Source: Carcharhinus longimanus
Lineage: Eukaryota
DNA: 64,000 bases
Direction: 5' to 3'
NCBI GenBank assembly: GCA_030264375.1
Contig: JASCQW010000132.1
Location: 80,014,784 to 80,078,783, forward strand
Positions 36,500 through 47,900 of the stretch are shown piece after piece. The first letter of the stretch is position 1; every line of letters starts with the position of its first letter. The notes below the pieces were generated by a model, which had not been told where the DNA came from, searched no databases, and saw nothing but the letters and a program-made list of their open reading frames with translations. Both the position numbers and the translations under genes were made by a program.

Positions 36500-38716
36500 A
36501 ATTTATAGACAATGAATGTTCAGCATTATTTTTGTTTTATTATGGCAGCAATTCCCCGCTGAAAGTGTGTGTTTTATTCTGTCAATCCATATTCCAAGAC
36601 TCTTCCCACTGCTAATTGGAGTTGCACTTTGCAATAGGATCCTACTTAGATTGCAAGAATTCGTGCAGAATTTAGCTCGTTTCATTTTACGCATTTCTTT
36701 GCAATTGTACATTACGAACTTGTAAAATAAAGGGGTACAGCAATGATCAAGAGTAACAAAAGTGGAGTTGAAGAGACAATTGGATTTTTCCAAAAGCTTT
36801 TTCCCGTCTTAAAATAAAACATTCAGTTATCTTTTTTTTTGTAAAATTATACCTAAAATAGCGTTGACCGTTGAAGTTTGCTGTACATATATTATTTTAT
36901 TTTGGTACACACATTTCATATACAATTAATTCCATGTCTGTGCCGAGATACAAAGAAAATGTATTAAGTACAAGCGAGGGACAGTTTCTCTCCAATGGAG
37001 AGAACTTCACACTTCAAAAGTGCACAGAAGACGATAGAGTTCAAAAACTATAGTACTCGTTGCGTCTTTCCAGTTGTCTATAACGCTGCGTTACTCGAAT
37101 AGGTGCACCTCATTGTATTTTTACAAGTTTGTTATCATAAAGTGGTCTGTTTAAAGGTCATATACTATATTTCCAGTTTATAAGAAAGTTTAAATACTTT
37201 TCTATTTAAAAAAAAACAAATACACGTAGACAACAGGTCAGATCTACTCCAGGATTTATTCTATAATTTGGGGTCTGCTGCAAACCCACTTGTTACGAAA
37301 TAAATGCGAATTGTGCCTTGAAACTATCTGACTGCCAGTATATGCAAATAAGTAGATACATGCTTCATTAAATAAAATAAAAAGCCATTCAACATTTACC
37401 AAACATCCCCTTGCTTCATTCTATAAGTTTTTTTTTCACAATTCCAAAAATAAAAAGAAAACAAGTTCTCGAAGTGCGCACTGGATACACCTCAAGGTCT
37501 ATTAAGTTCGGAAAATCGCAATGAATTCCTCAGCGACATGTCACTGTAACTTTCTTGACAACAACCGAAAGAAAAGCCCCCTTAAATTTACCCTTATATA
37601 TGTTCAAATATTTTTTTCAGAAGAATTTACAGGAAAATACTATACAAATCGTCTCCTGGACAAATAACGTCTCGCACCTACATACTGGTGGAGTAATTAT
37701 TTAATAATTAACTATTGTTAATCATGACCCCAGTTTTACAAAGCCTTGCAGATATTTTACAAAGTTGATCTCCTTCCCATTCTCACTCTACACAGCGCCG
37801 TCCATCGTGTTTAAAATCAATTCGTCACTTTATTATTGTTGGACAACGAAAAGAATAAGTACCTTAATATACATGTTGAAATACTTGTCGAAGGATTTAC
37901 AGGCGAAAAATACTATACATACAAATCGTCTCCTGCCCAAGCAGAATTTGCACTGGTAGCTACAAGTGATGCAACTTCTTTCAGGTAGTTAAGGACAAAA
38001 AAAAGAGGGGAAATCGAATCGTCTTGTGAATCTGCTCCTATTGTGCGTTTTATCGGGTTGAAGGTATGTGAGATTAGACAGCTTACTTTGCCTGCATGCA
38101 AGAGTGGATTTGCTGAGATTATTTTTTAAAAAGAAACCAAACGAATTACCGATTTTGCAGAGATGGGAAGGCACACTGCATTGTGTGTGTGTGAACCCAA
38201 CAAAAGGGTTTGTAATCCAGCCGATTGAAAATAAAATTGAAAAGGGTTAAAAAAAAACTGATGAAAATACTTCTCTAAACTGGATTGCAACGGGTGGGAA
38301 GGTTGGCTCACAGTTTGATGAGAGTGAATTGGAATAACAAGAAAAGCTATTTCTACCTGAAGGGACACATCAGACAATTTCAGATGGAATTTAAGTAAGT
38401 TCGATTTTTTTTTGTCCTCAACTATCTAGTCTATCCTAGCAAAGCGGGTGCGTTTTCTGTTGATTTTTCTTTTAATAAAGCTCCCCCTTTTAATTTCTTT
38501 ACTTACACGTAAATCTCTCTTTAAANNNNNNNNNNNNNNNNNNNNNNNNNNNNNNNNNNNNNNNNNNNNNNNNNNNNNNNNNNNNNNNNNNNNNNNNNNN
38601 NNNNNNNNNNNNNNNNNNNNNNNNNTTTTATTTTCTTTAGTTACACGTAAATATCTCTTTAAAGTTTGAACAATACTTTTTGCTCTTGGTGCTGCCTCCT
38701 GAAAGCGTCTCCTTAT
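36500..38716 (-). other. sp8: Sp8 3' UTR (putative) with candidate poly(A) signals
   Basis: AT-rich, TE-free sequence after the stop codon; minus-strand AATAAA at 36896-36901 and 36536-36541, the latter followed by a GT-rich tract. True end unknown. Confidence 0.55.
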
Positions 38717-40095
38717 TCACTCCAGGCCGTTGTTGTGGCCGTTGAGGGCGGCTGCCGAGCCGCCTTGGGCTGCTGCCTGCAGCAGGTCCGGGGAGTGGCA
38801 GCGCGGGGAGCCGGGGTTGCTGTGTTCGCTGTCGGTGTCGCTGCCTTTCTTGCTGCCGCCGGCTCCTCCGCCGCCGGCTCCTCCGCCGCCCACTCCGCCG
38901 CCGCCCCCCAGGCCGGCCGCCTGGTGGGTCTTGACGTGCTTGCTGAGGTGGTCGCTCCGCATGAAGCGCTTGTTGCAGACCGGGCAGGCGAAGCGCTTCT
39001 CGCCGGTGTGGGTGCGGAGATGGCGCTGCAGCTCGTCCGAGCGGGTGAAGCGCTTGCCGCAGAAGAGCCAGTTGCAGACGAAAGGTCTCTCGCCCGTGTG
39101 CCAGCGCAGGTGAGCCTTCAGGTGAGACGTCTTACCGTACACCTTGCCGCAGCCCGGGATGTGGCAACTGTGCAGCCCTTTCCTCCGCAGGCTGGCNNNN
39201 NNNNNNAATTGGGGCAGTCGCAGGTCGCCCGTCCCGAGTAACGCCTGGCCGAGGAGCGGGGAGATCCGCCCAGGGCGGCCGGGCTACCCAGCATGGAGTT
39301 GGCAGCAGCCAGAGGGGAAGGAGCCGAGTCCTGGTAGGAAGGGGGTAAGACGGGCTTGAAGCCATCCTGGGCAATGAGGTGCTGGCTGCTGCTCAGGAGG
39401 TGCGAGGATGCCCCGTTGATGCCGGCTGTGCTGAAAGCCGAGTGGCTGAGACCCGAATAGTCCGAGTTGTAGGCGCCCAGAGGGGAGTGCAGCGAGGACT
39501 GCAACCCGCTCGAGTGTAAGGAGGATGGGAGGGCCCCGTTGGGGTTCTGCACGTCAATCCAACCCGTTGTCCCCGGGTGGACGTCCCACCAAGTCGATGC
39601 GCTGCTCCCCACGTCCCCTGCTATCCCGGGATGGGACGGTTTGAACCAGGACTCGTACGGGTGTGCCATGCCAACCCGGGGGTAGATGCCCTGCAGGCTG
39701 TTTTGCAGCGTGTCCACTGTGGTATGAACTTTGGAGATGAAGACGGGCTGGGCAGCGTCCTGGGAGCTGCTGGAGACCGGGGACTGAAAGACCGAGTACT
39801 CGTTGCCAAAGGGCGAGGTGGAAGAGGTGTTGGAGGTGAGCGAGAAAGCGCTGCTGCCCGATGAACAGTTCACACTGAACGAGTCTGACAGTCCTGCCCC
39901 GTTCCTGGAGCCGGAGACCCCGAAGCCGGAAAGGCTGGAGCCGCTGTTGCAACTGGAGACGGATCTTTTCCAAGGATGGAATCCTTTTCCAAAGGCCGTG
40001 TTGTCCGACAGGGAGGGAGACGGGCTGGGGCTGCCGATTTTATTGCATGTAGCAGCCAACATTGCCAAGGGAGTTGCTCCTAGTCTCGGTTCTTC
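38717..40095 (-). CDS. sp8: Transcription factor Sp8, main (last) coding exon: Sp box, buttonhead box, three C2H2 zinc fingers
   Basis: Acceptor CTTTGCAG| then [27 protein letters not shown]...[10 protein letters not shown], ...[13 protein letters not shown] (btd box), [84 protein letters not shown]-terminal [22 protein letters not shown]. The SPSPSP and NGLE ends match Sp8 rather than Sp7/Sp9. Split into two ORFs only by the N gap at 39197-39206. Confidence 0.97.
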
Positions 40096-40775
40096 CTGCA
40101 AAGACAGGGGCAGACAACAAAACAACAAATGCACACAATTGTAATAAGCCTAGTTGGATATTTGCACGTTTAGCTTGATTTTACAGCCAGCTTGTACCGG
40201 CGGATTTGAACTTTTGACTGCCAATTTTAAATATGCTTTCGTCCTTTAAGTTAGACTGGCAGCAAATGTGTTAGCGAAAACTTGGTAGCTACGAAACTCA
40301 ATAGAAAACAGCGGCGCATTCTCAGCATTTAAAGTGCCCTCTTTAAAGTCTTTAAACATTATGCAAACTTCAAGATAAAATGCAGAATTGGGCCTCACCC
40401 AACTCCGCAAACTGCGACAGAAAGAATAGAACTAACATACCTGTAGAACCTGGAGGATGGTAAGAATAAATCAGAAGTCAATTTTTTAAAAGAATCTCAC
40501 AGGTAACTCTGCTGAAATGTAAAAAAAGGGGTCTCCCTCTGTCTGTCTCTCTCTGTGGGATCGCGCTTGGAGGAAGTTGGTGCAAATGCCCTCAGAGCGG
40601 TGCCAAACTAAAATGTGACTCGGCCCTTCTTTTACCTCTGGCTTTAAAAAAAACTCACCAGGAGCCTGATAGCCCTGCCTTGACTGGGGACTTTTCTAAA
40701 AAAAAGAAAAAAAGAACCACCTCGATCCCAACAACAAAGAGCTAATTAAACCAGCAAGAAAATCCTTAGACTCAC

Positions 40776-40796
40776 CCCCAGAAGTGAAGTTGCCAT
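40776..40796 (-). CDS. sp8: Sp8 coding exon 1 (MATSLLG)
   Basis: Minus strand ATG GCA ACT TCA CTT CTG GGG | GTGAGT donor; phase-0 join to GAA GAA CCG gives the Sp8 N-terminus MATSLLGEEPRLG. Intron 40096-40775 (680 bp). Total about 473 aa if the gap holds 32 nt. Confidence 0.95.
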
Positions 40797-41010
40797 CACA
40801 AAAAACTGCCCTCCTCAGAGGATCTCTTTTTTTATTATTTATAAATCAGAGCACTTTTTTTTGAGGTGTGCAATACAATGATCAGTTCCGCCCATTCAAC
40901 CACAATTGTAGCGTCTACTCGCCTTTGAAGTACCGCTAAGCCGCCGGCAGCCAATCAGCGGCGCCGCTCTGCTGACACAGGCCATTGTGACGTCAGGCAG
41001 CACGCTCCTC
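40797..41010 (-). promoter_or_regulatory. sp8: Sp8 5' UTR and proximal promoter
   Basis: Directly upstream of the ATG; the UTR (ATTGTATTGCACACCTC...GATCCTCTGAG) resembles tetrapod Sp8 5' UTR as recalled. CpG-rich, with TCF/LEF-type CTTTGAA (40923-40929), CCAAT (40951-40955), Sox-type CATTGT (40983-40988) and a perfect CRE TGACGTCA (40988-40995). Confidence 0.75.
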
Positions 41011-41221
41011 CACTCCGCTCCTCCAGAGGGGGAAGCATTTGCAGCAGGGCTCTGGGGCTGAGTTTGCACTGCAACACCTCTCCGGCACTGCCCTGCCTTG
41101 CATTGCCTCGCCTTTTGTTGCAGAGATTGTCTCATCCAGCGCCTGAGCCACCCAACACCTGAAGCTCAGAGCCCCATCCTTCACCTCTCTCACCATCTCC
41201 AATCCATGCTCTTTTCCACCC

Positions 41222-41905
41222 CTATCTAATACTTTTGGATGTGTGTGTGCATCTAATACTTTTGGATGTGTGTGGGTGTGTGTGTGCATCTAATACTTCT
41301 GGATGTGTGTGGCTGTGCATCTAATATTTTTGGATGTTATGTGTGCACCTAATACTTTTGAAAATGTGTGTGTGCTTCTAATACTTTTGGATATGCGTGC
41401 GCATCTAATATTTCTGGAAATGTGTGTGTGCATCTAATACTTTTGAAAGTGGGTGTGTGCATCTAATACCTATGGATAAGTGTGTGTATCTAATACTTTT
41501 GAAAATGCGCGTGTGCATCTAATACTTTTGGGTATGGGTGTGTGCATCTAATATTTTTGAAAATGCGTGTATGCGTCTAATACTTTTGGATATGTGTGTG
41601 TACATTTAATACTTTTGGATAAGCGTGTGCATCTAATATTTTTGTATGTGTGCATCTGATACTTCTGAAAATGCGTGTGTGCATCTAATACTTATGGATA
41701 TGTGTGTGCATCGAATATTTTTGTATGTTCGTGTGCATCTAATACTTTTGGAAATGCGTGTGTGCATCTAATATTTTTGAATGTATGTGTGCATCTAATA
41801 TTTTGGATGTGTGTGTGCATCTAATACTTTTGGGTGTGTTTGTGTGTGCGCGCATTCAATATTTTTGGATGTTTGTCTGCATCTAATACTTATGGATGTG
41901 TGTAT
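41222..41905. repeat. Minisatellite, ~24 copies of a mostly 27-29 bp unit (GCATCTAATACTTTTGGATGTGTGTGT)
   Basis: The ATCTAATA(C/T)TTTTGG core recurs about 24 times by hand count, separated by variable (GT)n. Confidence 0.95.
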
Positions 41906-44900
41906 GTGTTTGTGTGTGCAAATTGAACACAAATTTGCTCTCTCACACACACCTTAAATAAATATTTGACCCATTTGCCCGCACTTAAAGCATTTACGTG
42001 TTCGCTTGGATTGGTTTCTGTTTTTAGCTGTTGGTGGTTTAAGCCCTTTGACAGTTTCCATATTTACACCCCCTCACCCGCCCCCTCCCTTCCTCGCCAC
42101 CCCCACGCCAACCAACTCTGCTCCCCCCAAAAAAGTTTAACCATCACACCAAAGCCAGGGAATCTGTTCTCAAGCTGAACTGAACCCCCGGTTGGAGAGA
42201 ATCTCCCTTCTCTCAAACCTCAGGTTTCACAGAAGTAATTGTTGCTTTAATTAGATCTCCTTGTTTTGACTCGTTTTGCCAGTTTTTTTTCGCTCTCCGC
42301 GACCTATTAAAGTGCAAAACAGGGTTAAGCTTTGAACGAAAGCAATTCCGCCATTGAAGTTTCTCTGCTCTACTTAAACGCCTGCTGATTTTTTTTTAAA
42401 TCCATAAATAACAATCAATGATCCTGAGAGGAGGCGAAAGAAGTAGTGATGCCCAGGTTAGACAAGCTTCACACCATGTGTAAAACGCCGGCGTTTCCAG
42501 AAATAAGTTTGAAGTTTTGATTTCGCGGGTTGGCGAATGCGAGTGTATTCTATTTCAATATTTAATATATAGATTTTTTTAAAAAAAGAAACTCCGTGAA
42601 GCCTTTGTTGAAACGATCGTGTTCATGAAAATTAATGCGGTGTTTATTTGAGCTTGCTGTTGGTGATGATTTTAGCATGTTGAGAAGGCGTGACTGGACA
42701 GCCCAGAAGGAGGAAGGGGTGGGAAAAGGAGGGAACTCCGTTTAACAAATAAAAGAATTAACTTTGCCTTACCGACCTCTTTAATGATACGTATGTAATA
42801 AATATCTATAGATTAAAATATCTATAATTGATATTTCCCCCAAACGGGCATCACTTATGGTTTGCTTCTGCCTTCCACACTCCTGTCAATGATCTTATTT
42901 GGTCAAATATGTGCGATTCAGGTTTGTTTGAGAACAAGTGCCAAACATATGGGTAAACGACATGCTTACCTTTTCAGAAACAGCAAGTAAACCAGCAATA
43001 AAGGAGACTCCCGAGTCCGCCTTTTCAACTTAGCAAAACATCAACACGAGCTGTTCGGAAACAGAGCAGCGAAAAATATGTAAAGTGTGAAGCACAAAAT
43101 GTGGGTGCGAGCTCCTGCCCAAACAGAACCGAGTGCAGTAAATCAGTCTGACAAAGCATCAGGCACGAAACTACAGACAACCTTTAATGTTTTTGGAAAA
43201 GACAATAGTCATTAAGATACTGCTCCTCATCGAAGCTATTGATTGTGATCGATTTAGGTGAACTATTGCATTATTTTCCAACGCGTCCTTCACTGCGAAC
43301 AATACACAAGGTTGTACTTTTCAACAAGTTACAATGACTTCAAACTCTAAGCCACAACATAAGTGTGCCATTTCATTATAAATATATATAATTACAGCTC
43401 TGCACATTCGGTCACACAGGGGCAATCAAACTTTATACAGCATTCAGGTGGATATTAACAGGATACCAAACATAAATTGCTTGAAGATGGATATGTAGAG
43501 TAGAATCAAACTTGTTGGAGACCTGCATAGTTCAGGCAATCGAACTACAGAATAAAAGAATGCAGTTATTACATTTTATTAGAATGCCGGCTATTTGATT
43601 GATTAAAATGGTTACCAATTTCCAGCATTCATTTTCAAGAGTGCATTTAATCTGTGTGTGCATTTTTGCGGAGTGCCTCCCACCCCCACCATCAAAACGG
43701 CGTTTAAACCGCATACACTTAAGCAAAGTTTGCGGTGTTGTAGATTTATGAATTTGTTGCTGGAGGCGCCGCCGAGTTGTACTCCAGTCAAATCTCTCCC
43801 GGTGCTAGCTTTCCCCCAGCACATAAGAAAAACAAAGGGCAACGGGCAGAAGGCGGACAGCCGAATTGTGTCTGACATTCAAAAATAATCCGAAATATGG
43901 GACCATTATTGATGAGATACAAATCTCGTGCATTTAAATAATTTGGTAACGATTTTACTGTTAGATTTACCTGTGATTCGTACGTCTGCTCAATCTCTGC
44001 ACTTTTGTTGCCTTTGAGTCAGGAATAATTAGGTTAATTAAAGTGGGGAAATAATCCAGATATATTATTGTTTCACTTTTTTCTTATTTATTATTTATCA
44101 CATCGTGACACGAATGGTGGGCGCGTTTCTTTAATAATTATAAGAATGTGTTTCATAAATTTTGGGTGTTTTTTTGGTAATATTTTAACAGCCCTTTGCA
44201 GACTGATAAAGGGGAATAGTCAGAATCCGGGATTGTTGTGTGTTATCCAATTGTAGTCGCCGAAAATAATTTGGAAGAAAATACTTCCAAGCAGATTTTT
44301 TCAGTGTCAGAGGAGAGACTTATCATTCCAGCAGAAGGCAAGTTCTCTCCTAATAAAGAAAGCATACATTAGCATTCTGCATGTGGCTGCAGCATAAATT
44401 TCATTTGAATTTCAAATTTAATAAACCAGGAGGTTNNNNNNNNNNNNNNNNNNNNNNNNNNNNNNNNNNNNNNNNNNNNNNNNNNNNNNNNNNNNNNNNN
44501 NNNNNNNNNNNNNNNNNNNNNNNNNNNNNNNNNNNNNNNNNNNNNNNNNNNNNNNNNNNNNNNNNNNNNNNNNNNNNNNNNNNNNNNNNNNAGGCTATGA
44601 TTGATAGTTGCACAGATTAATTTCTCTGTTTCTTCGATTTGGAGAACAGCTTTAGGTATCTAATTTACATCCTAAGATCAAGCAGAGGCACATCTGGACG
44701 TATCTGTCACTTGATTCTGTAACAGAAAACACGGAGACGTTGAAAAATCCGCCGATCAGACCTTCTGCACTCTGGACGATTTTTGGCGCTGTCTCTGGGT
44801 AAACCGCGACCGTTAGCGGAATTAAGTTTCTGCTCAGGTTCCGACATGATTTAGGCAAAACGCTTGAACCAGGTTGTAATTAATGAGACTGGATCGGTGG

Positions 44901-47900
44901 ATGGACGGTTCTGTAAAACACTTCACGCCCGGGGTATCTGTTATGAAGCTTGCAATAAATTGTGATGTGTTGACATCGCAATTATCCAGTACACATTGTC
45001 ATATGTTTATCTTTGTACTTCCAAGGAGAATAAAACCACTTACTTATTGACCTCTTTCATATTTTGTTTCTTTTCCTCCGTATATCTATTTATCCACCAA
45101 GGTTCCTGCCACTAGTCTCAGTTTCTTCTTCCCTAATTCCCTTTCCCATCCTTTCGGTTTTCCATCCCTCATTAACTCTCTCCATCCCACCCGTATCTCT
45201 TCAACCTGATTCCCGTCTTTCTGTTATTCATTAACTCGCTCCTTCAGTTCCATCGATGCCGCTTTAATCTATTTGTATTTTTTAGTCCCGATATTTATCC
45301 TGCGGTCTTCCTTTGTTGCCTGCTTCCCACTTATCTATCACATCGCTGGCTCAACCATCACTTTTTTTCCCCCATCTATCTAATGTTATTCTCACCAGCC
45401 ATGTTTATCCCCATTCTTTTTATTTATTCTTTCCGTTTCCCGGTATATTTTTGTCCTTGCAGTTTATTGTCCCAAGTGTATCTTCCACGTGTCTCAGACA
45501 CACTTTCCCTTTGATATCTACATCTGTCTTTGTCGTTATCGTTACGCTTCTCGTCTTTCTGGCTGTCTTTTCACAGTTACTACCTCTAAGGGAGAGACTG
45601 ATTCCTGTTTTTGCTGTTGAAAATTCACAGACGCGCGTGTGTGTGTGAGAGAGAGGTACAGAAATGCGTACATACGGATTCTCTCGATGACTCCGCGCAC
45701 CCCTTCATTTCACCCCCCACCCCCACCCCCACAACCGTCTTCAACATTATCGATTAAGCATGTTTGAGCCCTGCTAGAAAAACACAGTGGTACCACAAGG
45801 CGATTATCAACCGTCTCCTCCAGACGGTTAACAATTGCAATCGCAGCTCGAGGAAGATAAATGTTACTTTGGGAATAGTGTTTAATTACAAATAATCTAG
45901 GACCTGTTCGTCCTCTGGTGTAATCAAAACATGTGGTTAAAAAAATCCTTGCTCAAGGTCTTACTGATACTGAGAATCTAAAATGCATGGAACAGAATAC
46001 CTCCTGCATCTCTGCCGCAAAGCATTTTTTACACAATAATTATGTTGCATTGGTTAATTCTTATCAATATATCCCGGCAAACATGTTCGGGAGGGAGAAA
46101 AAAAACTATATTCACGACCTTAAAGAGAATAGCCTGAAATATAAGACACACGACTATGCGCAGTATATAAGTTTATGGTCAACACTGAACAGATGTCCCT
46201 ATTTATACCATCATTTTCCCACATGCCTGTTATACATTGCCATCATGAAATCTTGCTCTAAACCTGTCCCATTCGTTTCCATAATGGGCACGTTATTCTG
46301 GACCACTGAGCACGAACAAATGTGTTTAATATCGCGTGCTTCAGAATAATTCAGTGCGAATCCAAGAAAAAAAGTATTTCAGCATTGATCGCCGGGAACT
46401 TGCTCAAAAGATCTTTGCAAATATGGTATAATTTACAGAGCAACTATATAATACGAGGTGAACTGCGAAGCCCTTTGCGGCGTAAACTGCTTCTAATTAC
46501 CTGCCAGAGCAATTAGCTGACTATCACGAAGAAATTAGATCGCTCAATGTAGCATAAATAATGTGAATAATTTTGTAAGTATAATGGAAAAGCAAGACCT
46601 GTTTTTGTCCATAAGGAAATAACACATCCTGCTGTACAAGCCTTACATGTGTGTGCACAGATATATTAACCTACTGATATTTATGAATTAAGGTTCAGCA
46701 ATCGGCATTCTCTCTGTACTCCGCCGTTTGCTACTATGTATCTATCTGATTGTCCATTTCATAAGTTGGGTAATCGAAATTCATAACACATGCGGTGGCG
46801 AGATAAGATACAGTGGAATAGATAAACAGGAAAAAAGTAGTAAGGGAAAGAGAGAAAGACACACGGGGACAAGGAGGGATTAAAATATAATTGATGCCGT
46901 TACAGATGTATTACTTATGTTTTTACAGGATGGGGAAACTCCTTTAGACAGACTTAATCACGAAAGTCAGCGAGCTCACATTCGACTGTTGCCTGTCCCT
47001 TCTTTTTAAAGCACTACAGGTCACACATATCTTAAGTAACAAAGCAAAACAAATTAAAAGGTTTATTTAACTAAGTTCGCAGGTCAAGCTGAACTTGTGG
47101 GGTCGAGGAATCGCCGCGATGTCTAATAAGAAGAGAAAGATGAGCACTGGCTCTAAGACACTTAGGCAGGTAAGTGGAAAGATGCACATTTGAGATGAGT
47201 TTTTATTGCGTGCAGATGAACTGATGGCAGCAACCAATGCCTGAAACTTAAGACGGCATAAGCCTTGTAGAGCCGTTGTTATATTTTCACAGAGCTATGA
47301 AATGTTCTCGTTATTGCCAACGACGAACTGTAACTTTGATATACAGACCACAGCTTGTACAGTTCAACAGGTTCGTTAGGGTGACTGATGTCAAGCGATG
47401 TATTTTATTCCCAAATAATCAGTGGATTTTTTTTTGAGAAGTACTTACCTTTGAGAAATAATTAACACTGATCCCTTTGAGACAGCTCTTCATTAAAAAA
47501 ATAATATTTGCATGTTTACCAGTCAAACTTGCGGTCTAAGTATATACAATACAAAATACACAAAACATATGGAAAACAAGGTAAAATTCCGCAGCTGCCT
47601 CGACGCGTGTTACTTCTACAGTTGAAGTTAGTGGCAGCACATAGCTATTTCGACATATTTCAGTCATTCCATTTCCCAGAGAGTTTTAGAGTACTTCTAT
47701 CACACCATTCAGTTTCCACGATACCATTCATACCAAACACCTAACTACCTAGGGCAGAATGTATGATTTGATGTTTCACGTTTGAGACACTGTATAACTC
47801 ATTTCTAATTAAAGAAGTAACATTGAGGTTTTATTGAAGACTATTTGATATTTTAGAAGCATAATGCAATAAATGTTTAAAATTGCCCTCTCTTTGATTG

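Noticed and set aside
39118-40134. 338-aa ORF starting MHLLFCCL and a separate 141-aa zinc-finger ORF as two genes or a pseudogene
   Set aside because: The start lies in the intron's polypyrimidine tract and the break is caused by the 10-N gap; this is one Sp8 exon.
38666-40144. Plus-strand ORFs overlapping Sp8 (191, 127, 113 aa etc.)
   Set aside because: Antisense shadows of a GC-rich coding exon; no independent evidence.
38717-40796. Assignment as Sp9 or Sp7
   Set aside because: [22 protein letters not shown] and the C-terminal NGLE match Sp8; Sp9 as recalled has MATSILGEEPRFG and KIGNTSP.
41222-41905. CRISPR-like array
   Set aside because: Vertebrate context, no unique spacers (only variable GT runs) and no cas genes; it is a minisatellite.
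45933-46349. 138-aa ORF upstream of Sp8
   Set aside because: Non-ATG start, no recognisable domain, AT-rich; consistent with chance.
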